Positions 63,001-64,000 of a stretch of DNA of 64,000 nucleotides are shown here, one piece after another. A program made the translations under genes and the position numbers. The DNA is taken from assembly GCA_038496445.1 (NCBI GenBank), contig JALMLS010000421.1, forward strand, positions 124,001 through 188,000, given 5' to 3'. Positions within the stretch are counted from its first letter, which is position 1. Every line of letters begins with the position of its first letter. Origin of the DNA: Trichosphaerium sp. ATCC 40318. Lineage: Eukaryota; Protista; Tubulinea. Under the pieces are notes generated by a model. The model searched no databases. It was given only the letters and a program-made list of their open reading frames with translations, and was not told the DNA's origin.

Positions 63001-64000
63001 TCAAAGTTGGGATATTGTGGCACGTAGAACAGCATTGCTCTCTTGTAGTCTGGTCACAGTTTTTGATTTTCTGATGATATCTTGCTTTAGAGTATTGATA
63101 CCATGTGATAACCTGGCGTTTGCCTGTTTTTGGCGATTGATATTTCTTTGTAGGATGAGTTTTAAGTGGGCAATATCTCGTTTATGGTTTGCATTGGCTC
63201 GCTGTAAACTCTCACACAGATTCTTCATTGTCGCATTGCTCTTCTTTAGTTTGGCTAATTCATTTTTAGCTTCTTGTAACTCTAGTTCAAGGTTGACATA
63301 ATAGGTACTTGATCGTTCATCACATGCAGCCCACAATTTTCTACACAAAAATTAACTCGTTTCTCTGAAGGTTCAAAGAAAGAAGTCTTACCGGTTACTT
63401 ATTAAATTGTATTCATCATCAGTAAGATCATCATCAGCGAGTTCTGAAGCTTTCTCTTTTGTAGTGGTTTCATTGTCACCTTTCTTTTTGTTGCCTTTCT
63501 TGACCTTTTTTTTTTTGTGTTTTTTTTTGCTAAGCTCCTTTGGAGCAACTTTCAGAATATAGCGAGCAACAGCTTGATTATCTGATAATATTTAGCTATC
63601 ACCTTTTTACGTGTTTGGAGTTGTACCTTGTCCAACAACAAGTTCATCGTACACTGCATTGGCTACTTTATCTTCCGTGACAGGTCTACCTTTGCGATCA
63701 ACCAATGTGTAATGACTTTGGTAACCTGGCTTTATTGGTTGTCCTCTTAACTTGTCGGTTGGTTTTACCTTTTTGTAAATCTTCAATTAGTACACATAGT
63801 GATAAAGCGTTGTTTGCGTACAGGGTATACATTGCCAGGTGTGACAAGACTTAAAATAATTGTTTTTTCTTCAGTTCCTTCAGTATCATATGAACACGCA
63901 TACTTTATACTCCGCTACAGTGAAAAAAAAACAAAGTGAATAAATAGCACGTGACGCTCTTTTTTTTCCGTACTGTGAAGTAGATGCCTTGACCATAGTA
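63001..64000 (-). CDS. Partial gene (5' part outside window): PARP-type ADP-ribosyltransferase catalytic domain + Lys-rich linker + coiled coil
   Basis: Spliced translation YYGQGIYFT|RSIKYACSY...LSLVTPGNVYP...GYQSHY...YDELVVGQDNQAVARYILKV, followed by ORF 63001-63348 with coiled-coil character. Confidence 0.72.

Noticed and set aside
1-64000. Alternative genetic code or widespread pseudogenisation implied by fragmented ORFs
   Set aside because: The stops checked fall inside short introns; conserved motifs reassemble in frame with the standard code.

Overview
Eukaryotic, AT-rich (roughly 35% GC by eye), gene-dense nuclear DNA with many short spliceosomal introns (mostly about 35-100 nt; donors often GTACGT/GTAAGT/GTATGT, CTAAY-like branch points). 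The gene families and intron style suggest a free-living protist, probably an amoebozoan (inference). About 25 genes were rebuilt by hand across introns. They include a GPI-tailed CBM18-GH18 chitinase, three PA-like/7TM membrane proteins, two copies of an unknown acidic-tailed protein, a METTL21-type methyltransferase, a DHX36-like helicase and a membrane class-3 lipase. Further along are a GH20 hexosaminidase, a His-brace LPMO-like/CBM6 protein, an LRR surface receptor, six F-box loci, USP10, Mpv17/PMP22, an SDR, PARN, a triple-DEP protein and a partial PARP-like ADP-ribosyltransferase. Highlights: (1) the DHX36 G-quadruplex-binding motif sits at the extreme C-terminus rather than the N-terminus; (2) an unclassified LPMO-like protein with bacterial-style accessory modules; (3) about 10-fold enrichment of the CACGTG palindrome, which also forms three GC-AG splice donors; (4) dispersed intronless F-box/repeat genes plus an F-box-NuiA-like fusion; (5) a membrane-tailed PARN. 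No rRNA, tRNA, CRISPR or intact mobile element was recognised. Exon boundaries are manual and approximate where stated.
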